From contig CAWGMQ010000005.1 in assembly GCA_963823665.1 (NCBI GenBank), positions 672,001 to 736,000 on the forward strand: a stretch of DNA of 64,000 bases. Reading direction: 5' to 3'. This document shows positions 63,459-64,000 of this stretch, in pieces. Position numbers and translations under genes: made by a program. A model generated the notes under the pieces. It searched no databases. It had not been told where the DNA came from and was given only the letters and a program-made list of their open reading frames with translations. Source of the DNA: an uncultured Planctomycetota bacterium. Lineage in GTDB: Bacteria; Planctomycetota; Planctomycetia; Isosphaerales; Isosphaeraceae. How positions within the stretch are numbered: position 1 is the first letter of the stretch; every line of letters starts with the position of its first letter.

Positions 63459-64000
63459 ATGGCTGCCTTCACGCCGACTCAGGGACGTTACCTGGCGTTC
63501 ATTCACGCGTACACGAATCTCCGGGGCTGCCCACCCGCTGAAGCCGAGATTGCCGCGGCGATGTGCGTCTCGCCGCCGTCGGTAAATCAGATGGTGAAGA
63601 TGCTGGAGAGGAAAGGGCTGATCCTGCGCCGGCCGGGAGAGGCACGATCACTCCAGGTGCTGATTCCGGAGGACGAGATTCCGGCGTGGAACAATCGCAA
63701 GGCGGCGGGAAGTCTGGCGCGGCCGCGCAACACACCTAGCCGACCGGCAGTACAACCGGCGGCGGCTCCGGCGAACTTGTACGTACTCTCCGTCTATTTG
63801 AAGGGTGGACCCATAAGCGAGAAGTTTGCCAGCAAAGTCATCAGCCGCGTGATCGAAATCCGCGGGGACCAGACGCTCGAACAACTTCATCAAGCCATCT
63901 TCAACGCGTATGACCGCTGGGACGAGCATCTGTACGAATTTCAGCTCGGCAAACGGCCGTTCGATCCGAAAGGGCCCAATTACGGAGTTGCCGGTGCAGA
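63459..64000 (+). CDS. LexA/MarR-like winged HTH fused to a pRiA4b ORF-3-like domain (3' end outside window)
   Basis: Manual translation: MAAFTPTQGRYLAFIHAY...SPPSVNQMVKMLERKGLI..RSL; IEIRGDQTLEQLHQAIF..DEHLYEF. Confidence 0.8.
   Translation, partial: MAAFTPTQGRYLAFIHAYTNLRGCPPAEAEIAAAMCVSPPSVNQMVKMLERKGLILRRPGEARSLQVLIPEDEIPAWNNRKAAGSLARPRNTPSRPAVQPAAAPANLYVLSVYLKGGPISEKFASKVISRVIEIRGDQTLEQLHQAIFNAYDRWDEHLYEFQLGKRPFDPKGPNYGVAGA

Overview
GC-rich bacterial DNA, almost certainly Planctomycetota (Isosphaeraceae-like), judged from DUF1549/1553 and DUF1501 genes, a TIGR03067 gene, an LEDR-type N-terminus, a PEP-CTERM protein and a sulfatase. About a dozen otherwise intact genes carry single-base frameshifts, most likely long-read consensus errors. 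The left end (1-8 kb) looks like an island edge: a WD40 gene, two Thr-rich surface-protein paralogs, a CHAT remnant, a 5'-truncated tRNA-Leu(CAA) and a decayed HUH/RAYT-type transposase with repeats. The most interesting region is 8.2-25.5 kb, a possible cyclic-nucleotide-gated electron-transfer chain. It comprises a NuoE-NuoF fusion with an NADPH-type substitution, a NuoG-N/2x cNMP/DmsB-like polyferredoxin, a di-heme b-like membrane protein, deca- and penta-heme c cytochromes, an FHA-GAF class III cyclase with guanylate-cyclase-like residues and a NadD-NAD kinase fusion. It is interrupted by toxin-antitoxin modules and gene debris. The rest holds tandem Wzz/GumC-like genes, a sulfatase-DsbD fusion, a catabolic operon, hydrolases, a MATE pump, an ABC exporter and tandem secreted paralogs. 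All family calls come from motif recognition by eye; no database search was run.
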